A stretch of 63,981 nt of DNA, counting the filler, from Blastocystis sp. subtype 4 (lineage: Eukaryota): the NCBI RefSeq assembly GCF_000743755.1. It is 12 parts of 12 records of this genome, joined end to end, with 100 filler letters (N's around TTAATTAATTAA, not from the genome) between each part and the next. Parts side by side here need not be neighbours in the genome. Positions count along the whole stretch, not along the records: positions 1 to 5,428 come from NW_014569081.1; positions 5,529 to 10,919 come from NW_014569080.1; positions 11,020 to 16,409 come from NW_014569079.1; 9 more parts are not named here. The stretch is one strand, 5' to 3'. The position numbers were made by a program, and so were the translations under genes. This document shows positions 1 to 13,578 of this stretch, piece by piece. The notes under the pieces were generated by a model that did not search any database, was not told where the DNA came from, and was given only the letters and a program-made list of their open reading frames with translations. The number at the start of each line of letters is the position of its first letter. Positions within the stretch are counted from its first letter, which is position 1.

Positions 1-120
1 GTAGGAGGATTTCGAACTCAAGCAGTTAGTTGTGGTAAGTTGCGTGCTGCTAGAACAAAGAGATTGGCATTGTAGCATGATAATGTTTTGCTGTTGTTTG
101 ACTTTGTGTGTTCGTTTAGT

Positions 121-700
121 CATTTGAACATGCCAGAAGTTCGTATGAGTGATTTGCGTTGGGTTCAGTTTGATGTGCGTGATTGTCATGGTGAAGTAGT
201 ATCAATCGCTTCAGACATCATCATCAACATCCGATTGAGTGTGAACGGAAAGGTTTGATGGGTATGAGAATTTGAGCTTGCTGTATGACTGATTATCCAT
301 TGATTATTCACTTTGAGTTGATGAATCAGCTCAGTATATTCACTTTGTTTGATACTGTAGTAGTTGTAGTAGTTTAGAAAGAAGGAGGCTACAAAAGTCT
401 CCATAGGCTAGCCAGTTTATGGGGATTTGCATTCTTTTATGAGGGTATAGTAGCCTGTTTTTCAGTTCATCCAAATGATTTGAAGAATATTCTTTGTAGC
501 GATCATTTTGGAGGCTACTACATTACTACACTACTACAAAATCACCACCAATCCATTACTGATGCTAGCTGCGGTTGTTCGTCACCCTGTTTTACTGTAC
601 CATCATTATGTGTCAGATAGTTGTATTACTTTGTTCATACAATTTGACCATTTTTCCACTTTCTTTGTGCCGCGCTCTTCGCAGAGTATGCATAGCCTCA
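121..700 (+). mobile_element. Degenerate right end of penton-encoding virus-like element (copy 1)
   Basis: 121-258 reads HLNMPEVRMSDLRWVQFDVRDCHGEVVSIASDIIINIRLSVNGKV*, homologous to ~8066-8194. 575-700 aligns by eye with 62880-63046 (gtcaccctgttttactgtaccatc...cttcgcagagtatgcatagcctca). Confidence 0.65.
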
Positions 701-964
701 ACTACTATTTGGGATGATATTGATTGATTATAGTGTAATCTGATATAAACTGATTTGAATCACGGGACTAGTAGATACTATTGACCAAACGATATAGTTG
801 ATTATGAGAGAATTGGACATGATGAATAGAATGAAATGACAAATACAGATATATTGGTTCAATATGGACAGAATGAGTATAGATCATCATCAATGATTAT
901 CGATATGGCATTCATTATGATTTCATTAATATGGAGAGTGTGAATCATTCATATCAAAGTTGAT

Positions 965-3405
965 ATGAGCAACATTAACATAACGAGTGGGAGTTCATAT
1001 CTTGAATTCCTTGGTGATTATGAGATTGAGAGTGTTGAAATGACGAGTGGTGATGAACTGAATGGAGAAGCAGTAATGAAGGTACTGATAGATGGTGAAG
1101 GATATGAAATGAGAGTATCGATAAAAGAAGGAAAGAAAGAAGGAGTTGGATTGATTGTGAGAAAGAATGGAACACTTTTCATGAGAATGATGTTTGTGAA
1201 TGATGAATGTGAAGGAGAAGTGATAAAGAAGAGTAAGTTTGGCAAGACAGTATTGAAAGGAACTCTTGAGAAAGGGAAGGAAGTGGGATTATTCGTTGAA
1301 TATGATGAAGATGAAAAGGAAGTTTGGAGAGGATTCTATCGAAATGGAGAACGCTACTCAGCTATAAAGAAATGTTTGAGAAAGAGTGGATTCTATGAAG
1401 AGACAAGTGTATCAGGAGAGTTACTGCGAGTATCCCAGTATGATGATAGATGGAAAAGACATGGAACATGTTTTGAGTTCAAAGATGGTAAGATTGCTGG
1501 AGAATATGTGTATGAACATGGGAAGAAGGATAGAACAGTTCGAGAGTTTCATGATGATGATATGAGAATGTTCGATAAGTATGGAAGAATTGTTTATGAA
1601 GGAATCTATTTTGGAGACATTTATGATGGGTTCTGTGTTCATCCAAAGAAGAAAGGAATGCCTGGATTCTTCAAGGAAATGAACAAGAAAGGAGATTTGT
1701 TGAGCATATCTCAATATGATGATATGGTAATGAAGAAAGAAGGAAAATGTTTTGAGTTTGAAAGAGGAAGAATAGTGAGAGAATGTGAATACAAGAATAA
1801 TGAGTGTATAAGAGTGTATAGAGAATGGAAAGAAGAAGTGATGATTGAATATAATGAGAATGGAATGAGAGTGTATGAAGGAGGATTTGGAGGAGATATG
1901 ATGAAAGGATATAAACGAGATAAAGAAGGAACTGAATATGACAGCGATGGAACTGCTTTGTATGTTGGTCATTATGTGGATGGAGAGAGAAGTGGATATG
2001 GAACAGAATACAAAGGATGTTATGCTTGGTATATTGGTAATTGGAAGAATGGAAAGAGAAGTGGGAAGGGAAAAGAATATGATGAGAATGAACATGTTGT
2101 GAAAGATGGAGAATGGATTGATGGGAGATGGGAAGAAGATGTGAAACTTGAAAAACTGAAGGAGAAATATCGTGAAATGGAATTGAAGCAGAAGAAGATG
2201 AAAGAATCAAATAGAGGAATCATCTTTCTCATCATTGGAGCAGTTCTATCATTGTAGTTTCATTTGTTTAGATTCATTAGTAGTTGTCAAACTTTTGTCT
2301 ATGACTATTATGACAGAAAGACTGGATACAAGATGGGAGTATATTATGTTCACGATTATTCTAGTGATTCGTTCAATAAGGATGATATAGGAGACTTGTA
2401 CTATTCAATTGAGTTCATGAGTCATATCATTCTCATTATTGTTTGTGTAGTTGGAATCACAATGAAATGGTTTCACAAACAACAGGATGTGAAGAAGAAA
2501 GGAATGAGAATCTCTGGTAGAACAATTCTGAGTAGTCTCTTCTATGCTGTGAATTATTCCATTTGTATTTGGTTTCGATGTAATAGTTTTGTAATAGTTG
2601 TGAGATTGTTTCATTTGTAGAGACGTCTTTTTCAAATCAGTGATAACTATTATGTAATGAATGATTCCATCTTCAAACATAGGCAACAATCCATCACACC
2701 AGTTTCAACAAGTTATCATTTCTCATAATACCACTTCTCATAATCATTTGTGAAGACGAAATAATGACATTATTAGATGGATCACTTGTATTTCTATACA
2801 TATTCTCTTCATTTGTTGCAGTAATAGGAGGGATATTGAGTGAATGGGGAATAATAGTAATCATAGTGTAATTCATTGATATACAGACAGTATCTAGTGA
2901 TATTTATAAATGGCTAGGAAGCATATCTTCAATAGTATTTCTATCAGGTGGATATGTGTTCTGGAAGGAAGCAGGTCCAGATGAATCAGTATTCTCATTG
3001 CTTGGTGGATATGTCATATTAACAATCCCTGCAACAATCATAATGGGAGTGAATCGTCTCAGAACAGACATATTCCAATATGTGAACTTCTTCCTTCTAA
3101 TCCTTGTTGGAATAATGTATGCAGGTGAAATGGTATGGAATAAGTGCTTGATAGAGAGTAGATATTCACATTCCACGGATTTGAGATTGTGGATCCAATA
3201 ACAACAATGATCTATTTGATTGTCAGAGAGTTCCTTGAAGCATTGAGAGTCATATGGGTAAGAGGTGTTAATGGTTTATGGTTATCTGGATTGATTATTG
3301 AGGTTGTAAGTCTGATACTGATCATTCTAACAATATGGTTGATGAATCGGAAGTTGAATAAACAACTGATGAAAGTAAAATCAGAGGTTGAATCAAAGAG
3401 TGTTT
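965..3405 (+). CDS. MORN-repeat-like protein with probable multi-pass membrane C-terminus (multi-exon, internal boundaries approximate)
   Basis: 430-aa first exon has repeated YEGxF/GxGxEY MORN-like motifs, followed by hydrophobic exon pieces. The last frame reaches T3405 exactly 5 nt before TGTTTGTT (3410-3417). Confidence 0.65.
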
Positions 3406-3489
3406 TGAGTGTTTGTTACTGATGGACACTTAGGGATTGTGGGACGACAATACTGATAACGATTTCAACTGCTGTATCTTTGGACTAAG

Positions 3490-5320
3490 TTGCGTGATAT
3501 TATCTTCAATCAGAAGAGGAACATCAATTCAGAAGCGCTGAAGCGATTGGCCAGTCATTCGATGTTGAGCAAGGAGATGGTAAATGATGGCAGGAAGAAG
3601 ACTTTTCAGCAGCTTGATATTCTGTTAAGTGACATTGAGAATCTATGTCTCCGAAAAGAAATTGCAGCCACTAGTGAGATTAAGATAAAGAAGTGGTTGG
3701 ATCAATTACGAACAATAATAGTGAAAGAGAGTCGTTAGGACAAGTTAAGTCGTGTTTTGACAAGGTGGATATCGTATGTTCGTTCGATCCAGGAGAAGAT
3801 GTACGAGATGCTATAAGGGATTGATATTTCAGATCAGACACAAATTCTTGCAATTGTTGAGCATTTACATTGAACGTATTGTGAAAGATATTGAACCATT
3901 GATGGTTGATGGAAGGGATTTGAAGTGTGAAGAACTAGTGAAGTGGAGCAGAGAATGGAGAATAAGATATAGGTTTGCAACTGAAGAAGCGGATTTCTTT
4001 GGAAAGTGGAGTCATTATCCAGATATGGATGACTCTCTGGATTCTGTTTATAAGAGTGATATGGAGTAGTTGGTGGATGAAGTATATAGCATTAGTATGT
4101 TCTTGATGAATGAGGAATAGAAATACACCAATGACTTGTTCTTGATGGAAGGAAGTATATGTGCAGATTCTCTCTTCTTGGCTAACGGTAAGGTGCGAGA
4201 TGAATCGATGCAAGTAGGATTGATTAGATGTGACAATGGGAAGTGTTTTGGTGATGCAATGAAAGATGTCTCCATCTTCAATCCGTCTAAGCAAGTACTA
4301 TTGAGTAGTAGAGTCTCTGGTGCCAAAGAAACCGGCTATAGCATTTCCAAGAGAAAGCGAAAGGGAGGATGAATTTTAGAAGAGAAGGTGAGTCTTTATT
4401 AAAGAATAAGATAGATGAAAGGGAAACAAGCCTTCTATCAGATTGGAATCGATTTGAACAATCATGGACAAGAGTTTGGAGAGTGGAAGTATTGGATGAA
4501 TGATTCATAGTGGTATGAGAACAATGGAAGATACAATTCAGATACCAAATCGATTATGCCACATTTGAAAACAAAAACAAGAAGGCGAAAGAGCAGGAAT
4601 TGACAACAATGAAGAATGAATACAGAGGATCTGAGTACATTTGCACCTACACGTTGCAAAAGATAACAGGATATGGAGAAGGAATGATGCTATTGTCAAC
4701 AATTTGACAAAAGAGCTTGACAGGCAATATGATCGATATAAAGAATAATATGAGTCGTATGTGAAATTCCATGGCTTTTCGATGGTTCTAAGAAGAGATG
4801 AGATAAGGATGGTCCGAACAAGTACATTACAAGTCTGAGAGCGGCTTCTGGAAGTGGGAGCAAATAATCTCAATATGAACTTGTCAACTATGATCGGCTG
4901 AAGGAGATTATTATTGAGGACAACTGCTTTGAGAAAGTCATCAAATTCAAATTGGATCATTTGACAAGATTGGAGAAGTTGGTTGTTGGAAAGAAACCAT
5001 TCACAAGAGGAGAATGTGCCAATAAGACGTACTATACTGACATGAATTACATCATCACGAATAATCCATCATTGACACTCATTGATACTGGTGAATGCAG
5101 TTTTGCAGAGTATGATGGAGAATAGAAGTTGAGTGTGGAGAAACAGAAGAAGTTGAGAATAATAGTGAAGACCAAGAGAGTAACAACTTCAACGGTTCTC
5201 CATTTGTGATAGAGGTGGAGTCATTTGTGTAACTGATTAATGATAGGTCTTCCAACCTGGATGTGATCGAATTGGGATATCATGCCTTTATTTAGGCCTC
5301 TGCAATACGTTTAGATAGTA
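3490..5320 (+). pseudogene. Fragmented ORFs ending in a degenerate leucine-rich-repeat segment
   Basis: ~4890-5125 reads YDRLKEIIIEDNCFEKVIKFKLDHLTRLEKLVVGKKPFT...LTLIDTGECSFAEYDGE* with stops and frame breaks. Resembles a BspA-like LRR family. Confidence 0.5.
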
Positions 5321-5528
5321 GTATGAAAGAGTAGTTGATGTGTAAAGGGGATTAAGGGGTAAAGATACTAGTTGATTAATGTTAGTAGAGGGGACAGTGG
5401 TTGCTTAATGTAGGTTGGATTGAGTAGGNNNNNNNNNNNNNNNNNNNNNNNNNNNNNNNNNNNNNNNNNNNNTTAATTAATTAANNNNNNNNNNNNNNNN
5501 NNNNNNNNNNNNNNNNNNNNNNNNNNNN

Positions 5529-7523
5529 TTGAATGTCTTCTTGTACAACTGAATACGATTTGTAGAAGTAGGGAATGATCCTCTAGCAGCCTGAGACCAA
5601 CCAGAAGTATCATCACCAAACCAATTGTTAGGCACTTCACCCATCTTATAATACCATTGTTCTGAATGATTGATAGAAGGACGACGAAGATAGTGAGTAT
5701 GAACATTGCTTTGGTAATTATCATATCGACCCTTTAGAACCATCTCCTCTTCACCATCAGGTAACAAAGAATACATATAATAATATGATCCAGAGTACCA
5801 ACAGGTGGAGGTAGAATAGAAGGCCACATCAAATCGATCAACAGTGATACAGAGATATGTTTCCCAATCAGTATTAGCAGCATGAGTATGATCAGATTGA
5901 ATCTCATAAAGAATATCATCATTAGATGAATCACGAATTCTGAAATACTCATATTGAGGATTACTCGTATATGTTCGGAGGATCCTGTAGAATTGTCCTG
6001 CACATTCTATGAATGTAATACTGATTGATGTCTGGAATTGGGTTGTTCCCATTGTTGATGTAATCTGATAGGATGTTAATGAAGAGGCAACAGTCGCAGT
6101 TCCAGAAATGATACAAGTATCAGGATCTATCGACACACCTGAAGGAAGGGCAGGAGAGATAGTACAACCATTGAAACCATACAATGTAGGTACAATTCTC
6201 ACTTCATCATAGTAAATGTAGTAGGAATACTGGGTTTGAGGATAGGATATACTGGTAGGAGTAGCACGATTACAAACAAGGAACTGTAATTCATATACAT
6301 ACACAGTTCCAGACTGCGAGGATTCAGCAGTGAATCGAATCAAAGGATACTGTGGAAGTGTATTCAAGAGATCCCATTGAACCCAGGTACTTGATTCATA
6401 TGTTTGTCCAGAAACTGAGAGAATAGTCTGCCAACTTGATGCTGTTGATACCGTACTTTCAATCGAAAAGCTTCTAGGACTTGATGTTGTACTTGTATAA
6501 GGCCACACACGGAACGAATTGATTTGAGGAACAGATCCTGATATTTCGAAAGTGAGTGAACCAGGAGGAGAAGAGATAGAAGCTCCAGAGTTTCGCGAAA
6601 ACGATATAGCATAGGTAGGATTTGTGAATCCTATTGTTGTAACAGTCAGTTCATTCGGAACAACGAAACAATTGTTTGTTGAACTCAAACCAGCCATAAG
6701 TGAGATGAATCCATCAAATTGAATGATTACAGAGGTCGTAAGATCCACAGGGTGGACTTCAACAGCCAATACACTCGATACAGTTACTTCATTTGCAGGA
6801 CGAATCACTCCATGAAAGGTATAGGTTGTATAGCTTCCTGTAGCTGGAGTACTACTCGTTGGTTCTCCATCAGCCATGTTATCTCGATAGACTTCAACAC
6901 CATTAATGTAAGCCACAACTCCATATCGATAGTTCAATTGCAATTCAAAAGCAGCCATATTGTTGACTCCAATGAACTGTCTACGGAAGTATTGAGTTCC
7001 TTGTCCAGTTACTACTTCACCACCTGATGTATAGTCAGTCCAAGAAGAATCTCCATAGTTGTACGCTTTCCAATCTCCAGAAGCATTGGCAGTGTATTTC
7101 CAAGCTTCATTCTTGTTGATAGGAGAATACAGAGACAAAGGCTCTGTCTGAAGACTTTTTTCAGTCATCATTGCCTTGTACACCACATTCCCATTAATAC
7201 TCTCAAACTGGATCCAAGCACCATCAGACCAAGAATCACCATAACCATCGGCCATTTCCAGAGTGTATTGATAGTTTGTAGAAGCTGACAAGCACACTTC
7301 AATCACTCTTTCTTCACTGTTCGTCAATGAGGGAGAAGTATAGACTTCTGTGGAACCAGAATAGATCGTAAACGACTCTTCACTTGCGAAGTATTCTGTC
7401 TTCTTGGTTATCTTTGTATAAACCTGTGTTGAAGAACAATCAAGAGCAAAAGTGAATACAGCTATGAGTGATTTAAACAATGTGTATTATACAAAGAATG
7501 GTTAATAACACAAATCGATTCAT
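5529..7523 (-). CDS. Large modular secreted/surface protein, paralog A (3' truncated by contig end)
   Basis: ATG 7523 gives MNRFVLLTIL, then a 31-nt intron and a >650-aa open frame. Contains galactose-binding-like (TQYFRRQF...YRYGVVAYINGVEVYRDNM) and putative Ig-like (ISPALPSGVSIDPDTCIISGT) modules. Confidence 0.85.
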
Positions 7524-7749
7524 TTGAACGAAGAAATAATAATGAATGCAAATGTCGATTTTAAACGTTTCGAGTTCTATAAGAATTCATGAACAATGAT
7601 GCCATATATTAGTGGCGGCCGTGTGTTTTCAAGCTGGAGATGTTGGATTTGAAAGATTTGTAACCGATGTTTCTCTAACTCAAGTGTATTCATTCTCGAA
7701 GTTAGTTGGAACGATAATCACATAGTTGAACAGATTAGTAGACAATACT

Positions 7750-8480
7750 TCTGTAGAAGAGATACCTGATTCATATCTGACATTCACATCTTAGGATATT
7801 CACATCCATTAGGATATTCACATCCATTAGGAGTAGCATATGATCTAGTGTTTCAACAAGCAAGTGATTTGTGTCGAATACTAGGATTCAATGAAATTCA
7901 ATCAATTGGTGTGAAAGGAAATGACCAGTGGATGTATGAAATGGATTGAACTGTATCAGACTCTATAGGAATCTGGTTCAACAGATGATTTGATTTGAGA
8001 CAAGTCCATTCATGGATTGTATGATATACTGTACAATGGAATTGAATAATGTGTGTAGATGAGTGATTTGAACATAGGAACAGTTGGTATGAGTGGTTTG
8101 TATTCGGTTTAGTTTGATGTGTGATGGTGAATGTGTGTCAATTGCTTCTAACATCTACATCAACATCCAGTTGAGTTTTAATGCAGCCATTTAATCTTTG
8201 ATTCGACCTTCGGTCTGTGTAACTGTTCTGAAGTTACTCCTTCGATCAAACTGGTTGATTGTAGTATGATTCTTTCACTTTGGAGGATGTTTGGAAGAAG
8301 GTCAAAAAGAACCGCCTCCAAGTAATCCTTCAAAAGGCCTATGATTGAGTGATTATAGGGATATTTCTTAGTTGGAGGTGGTGTAGGGGTTGTTTTTCAA
8401 TTGACATGAAAGAATATCAAGAAACTGTTCTAAAGCAATTATTGGATCCTTCTCCACAATCATACTACTGAATTGGCTTG
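7750..8480 (+). mobile_element. Pseudogenised penton-like gene plus degenerate palindrome (copy 2)
   Basis: 7750-7900 matches 62045-62176 (AYDLVFQQASDLCRILGF vs AYDLVFQQAADLSRILGF). It continues PVDV*NGLNCIRLYRNLVQQ and ends DGECVSIASNIYINIQLSFNAAI* (8194). Contains an 18-bp tandem duplication at 7791-7826. Confidence 0.7.
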
Positions 8481-8929
8481 ATTATGACTTATTTAGGATA
8501 TTTGATACCTATTGACTACTCCATCTGACATGTTTATCACTCATTTGACAGTTCAGCTTGTTTGAACAATCCAAAGGATCTATCATTCTGAATTCGTGAT
8601 ACCAATTCTATCAATGATCTTGTTTGTTATCAGTATCATCTAAACTATTCGCTATCCAATCTCACTGCTGAAGATAGCGTCAATTAGTACATCCATTTTT
8701 GGTGTCTTTGCTGGTTGATTGTTTGATAGATGTATATCAGCACCAATCAAATTAGTAGATGCTTTTCTCATACAATTGTTGTAGTATGGAGTAGGAGGTT
8801 CGAAATGCCTCTCTCTCCTCCTGAACATAATGTCTTCAGACGTGTTTAAAGATCACACAACATGTTCTATTAGAATTCTTTGTTCATGAACTGGCTCTAG
8901 AACAATTCGATTGTCATATTTGTTTGTGA

Positions 8930-10919
8930 ATGAATTATCTCCTTTTACTAATTGCAATTTGTAGGACTAGTCTGGAATAGTGATTCATAGTCTCTTTAAC
9001 AGTTGCTGTGGACTGTACAAGTAGCCAAGTCTATATCAAGTTCGTTAAGAAGACACTCACTTTGGCAAGTCAAGAATCCTTTTCAATCCTGTCTGGAACA
9101 ACCTCACTTTACGATTCTCCTTCTCTTACAAACTCCGAAGAACGAACAATTGAAACATGTATTCAACAGACTACAAACAATCAGTACACTCTTGGAATGT
9201 ATGATACTACCTCCTATTGGAGCAGTGGTGCCTGGCTTGAGATCTATGGAATCAATGGAAATCTTGTATTCAAGGGAATGATGACAACGAGTAAAACCCA
9301 AGAGGTGCCATTGTCTTTGTATTCTCCCATCAACAAGGAGGATACTTGGAAGTACACTTCAAGTGCTTCAGGAAGCTGGAAGGATGTGAGTTATTCGGAT
9401 GCTAGTTGGACTGAAATCTCACTTGGAACTACAACTACATCAGCTACTGATACTCAATACTTCCGTAAGTCGTTTGTTGGATTGAGTGGAATGGCTGCTA
9501 TTGAATTCCAACTCAACTATCGTTATGGAATTGTTGCATATATCAATGGAAATGAAGTGTATCGTGATAATATGGCTGATGGAGAACCAACAAGTACCAC
9601 TTTGGCTACAGGAAGCTATTCAATCTATGACTATCATGGAGTGATTCGTCCTTCCACTGTTGCTGAGAGTTCTTCAAGTGTATTGGCTGTTGAAGTCCAT
9701 TTTATCACAACAGGCTATTCCGAAATCATTCAGTTCAATGGATTCCTCGCTTTCTATGCAGGTATAGACAATACAAATCCTTGTTTTGTTGTCCCTAATG
9801 AGGTGTCTGTGACAAGTACAAGCTTCACCAATCCAACCTATGCCTTCACTTGGTCCTATTCCTCCTATTCGTATTTCTCCACTTCTTACACTTCTGGAAC
9901 TCTAACTGCTGATTTAGATGGTCCTTCCTATCCAATTGTGAATGGTGTTCGTATCTGGCCATACACCAGTATTACATATCACACAACTCAATTTATGATT
10001 GAGGGAGCTATGTCTTCATCGAGTTCCTGGGATACAATTCTAGAGACTAAAGGTGGTTCTTATACTTCCAGTGTATGGAGGCAATGGGAGACTGTTGCAG
10101 TTGCATCTAAACCATTCCAGCGTCTTCGTTTGACTTCTTACAAGACAGGAACAACTTCAACCTATGTGAATGAGCTTCAGTTCCTTGTTTGTAACAATGG
10201 TAATCCTTCTACCATTGATTATCCACAAACAACCTATCAGTTTTACCATACTTCTGAACAAGTGGAGATTACTCCCACTACCTATGGCTTCAGTGGTTGT
10301 TCCATTTCTCCTTCTCTCCCTTCAGGTGTGAGTATTGATGCGAATACTTGTACAATTTCTGGTTCTTCATCGGCTTCTAGTACTCAGACATATACTGTTA
10401 CTTCCACTGTTGTATCTCCTTCTGTTACTGCCACTCTCACAATCACATTCACTGAGTGTTATGGAACTCTCTATAAGATTGTTCGAACTTACAAGACTAA
10501 TCCTCAATATGAGTATTTCAGAATTCGTGATTCATCCAATGATGATATTCTTTATGAGATCAATTCAGGTCATTCACATAGTGCTGGTCAGGATTGGACT
10601 CATTATCTCTGTCTCAATGTTGATCGATTTGATGTGGCCTTCTATTCTACCTCTAACTATTGGTACTCTGGATCATATTATTATATGTATTATATGCTTC
10701 CTGATGGTGAAGAGGAAATGGTTCTAAAAGGACGATATGATAACTATGAGAATAATGAGAGTAATTTCTATCTTCGTCGTCCTTCTATCAATCATTCAGA
10801 ACAATGGTATTATAAGATGAGTGAAGTGCCTACCAATTGGTTTGGTGATGATACATCAGGTTGGTCTCAGGCTGCTAGAGGATCATTCCCTACTTCTACA
10901 AATCGTATTCAGTTGTACA
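8930..10919 (+). CDS. Large modular secreted/surface protein, paralog B (3' truncated)
   Basis: ATG 8930 gives MNYLLLLIAI, then a 30-nt intron and a >630-aa frame colinear with paralog A. Confidence 0.85.
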
Positions 10920-11158
10920 NNNNNNNNNNNNNNNNNNNNNNNNNNNNNNNNNNNNNNNNNNNNTTAATTAATTAANNNNNNNNNNNNNNNNNNNNNNNNN
11001 NNNNNNNNNNNNNNNNNNNAGGAGCAGCCTAAGGAGAACTAAGTTCTTCAACGACCATGCCAGATAACGAAAAGTTGTTGGTTATTCTTCAAAGGGTAAC
11101 TTGGTCTCATTGTTTGTTGAAACAGTGATTCATTTTATTTTCAAAGTGTATTTGTTGG

Positions 11159-12909
<1,751 letters not shown>

Positions 12910-12931
12910 ACTCTGTTTTCTAACAAACAAC

Positions 12932-13229
12932 CTAGGCATCTTCTTCTGGACTAATCTGGAAAAAGTGAATAACCATATCCACATCGTATTTCTCTTTCTT
13001 TTCCGGATTGATTTCCTCAAGTAAGTCGGCAAAGAGATCAAAATCCATCTGAATCTCCGCCTCCACCAAAATTTTGCGAAGCTCATCAAATGTAATCAGT
13101 CCGTCCTTATCTTCATCTACGTAATCGAAGAGATATTTGATATCATCAATCTAGAAACCGTTAGAGTTGTTCCGAAAGCCAAGTTCTACATACTTCTTCA
13201 GCTCCCAATTCACGTTTCTCTCGAGGCAT
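12932..13229 (-). CDS. Small EF-hand calcium-binding protein (5' end uncertain)
   Basis: IDDIKYLFDYVDEDKDGLITFDELRKIL...EINPEKKEKYDVDMV contains a canonical EF-hand loop. TGTTTGTT lies on the minus strand at 12922-12929. Confidence 0.75.
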
Positions 13230-13578
13230 TCTATAGAACGATTCCTATAATAGTTGTAATATTCCCGTGGTTTCTTGGAATCGCGGGAGTTTACCTAAAA
13301 CGCACCGATGTTTCTCTGAATCCAAATATGTTCACAATGCATCCAGAAAGAGTGACAATAGAATACTTAACAAATACATGCTGCATCTGAATCATTGTCT
13401 TTTGTCTACAGTGTGAATACATAGGTGTGGAGGAAGTTAAATAGAGCGTAACAGAATATGGACTTAGTTTCCTCCGATTCTTAAGAATGATTGTGAATAA
13501 TTGCCAACAACCAATCATTCTCGTTTCCACTATTCTCAGGCGTAACTCCCGACTCAGAAGTGTTTAAGCAATAATTGA

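Noticed and set aside
5395..5428. gtaggttggattgagtagg at contig end resembling the element's GGAGTAGGT motif
   Set aside because: Too short to call a fourth copy.
5429..5528. Recurrent N44-TTAATTAATTAA-N44 blocks (also 10920, 16410, 21871, 27297, 32711, 38079, 43403, 48732, 54041, 59329) with ~5.3-kb periodicity
   Set aside because: Artificial all-frame-stop contig linkers. The spacing reflects roughly length-sorted contigs, not a biological repeat.
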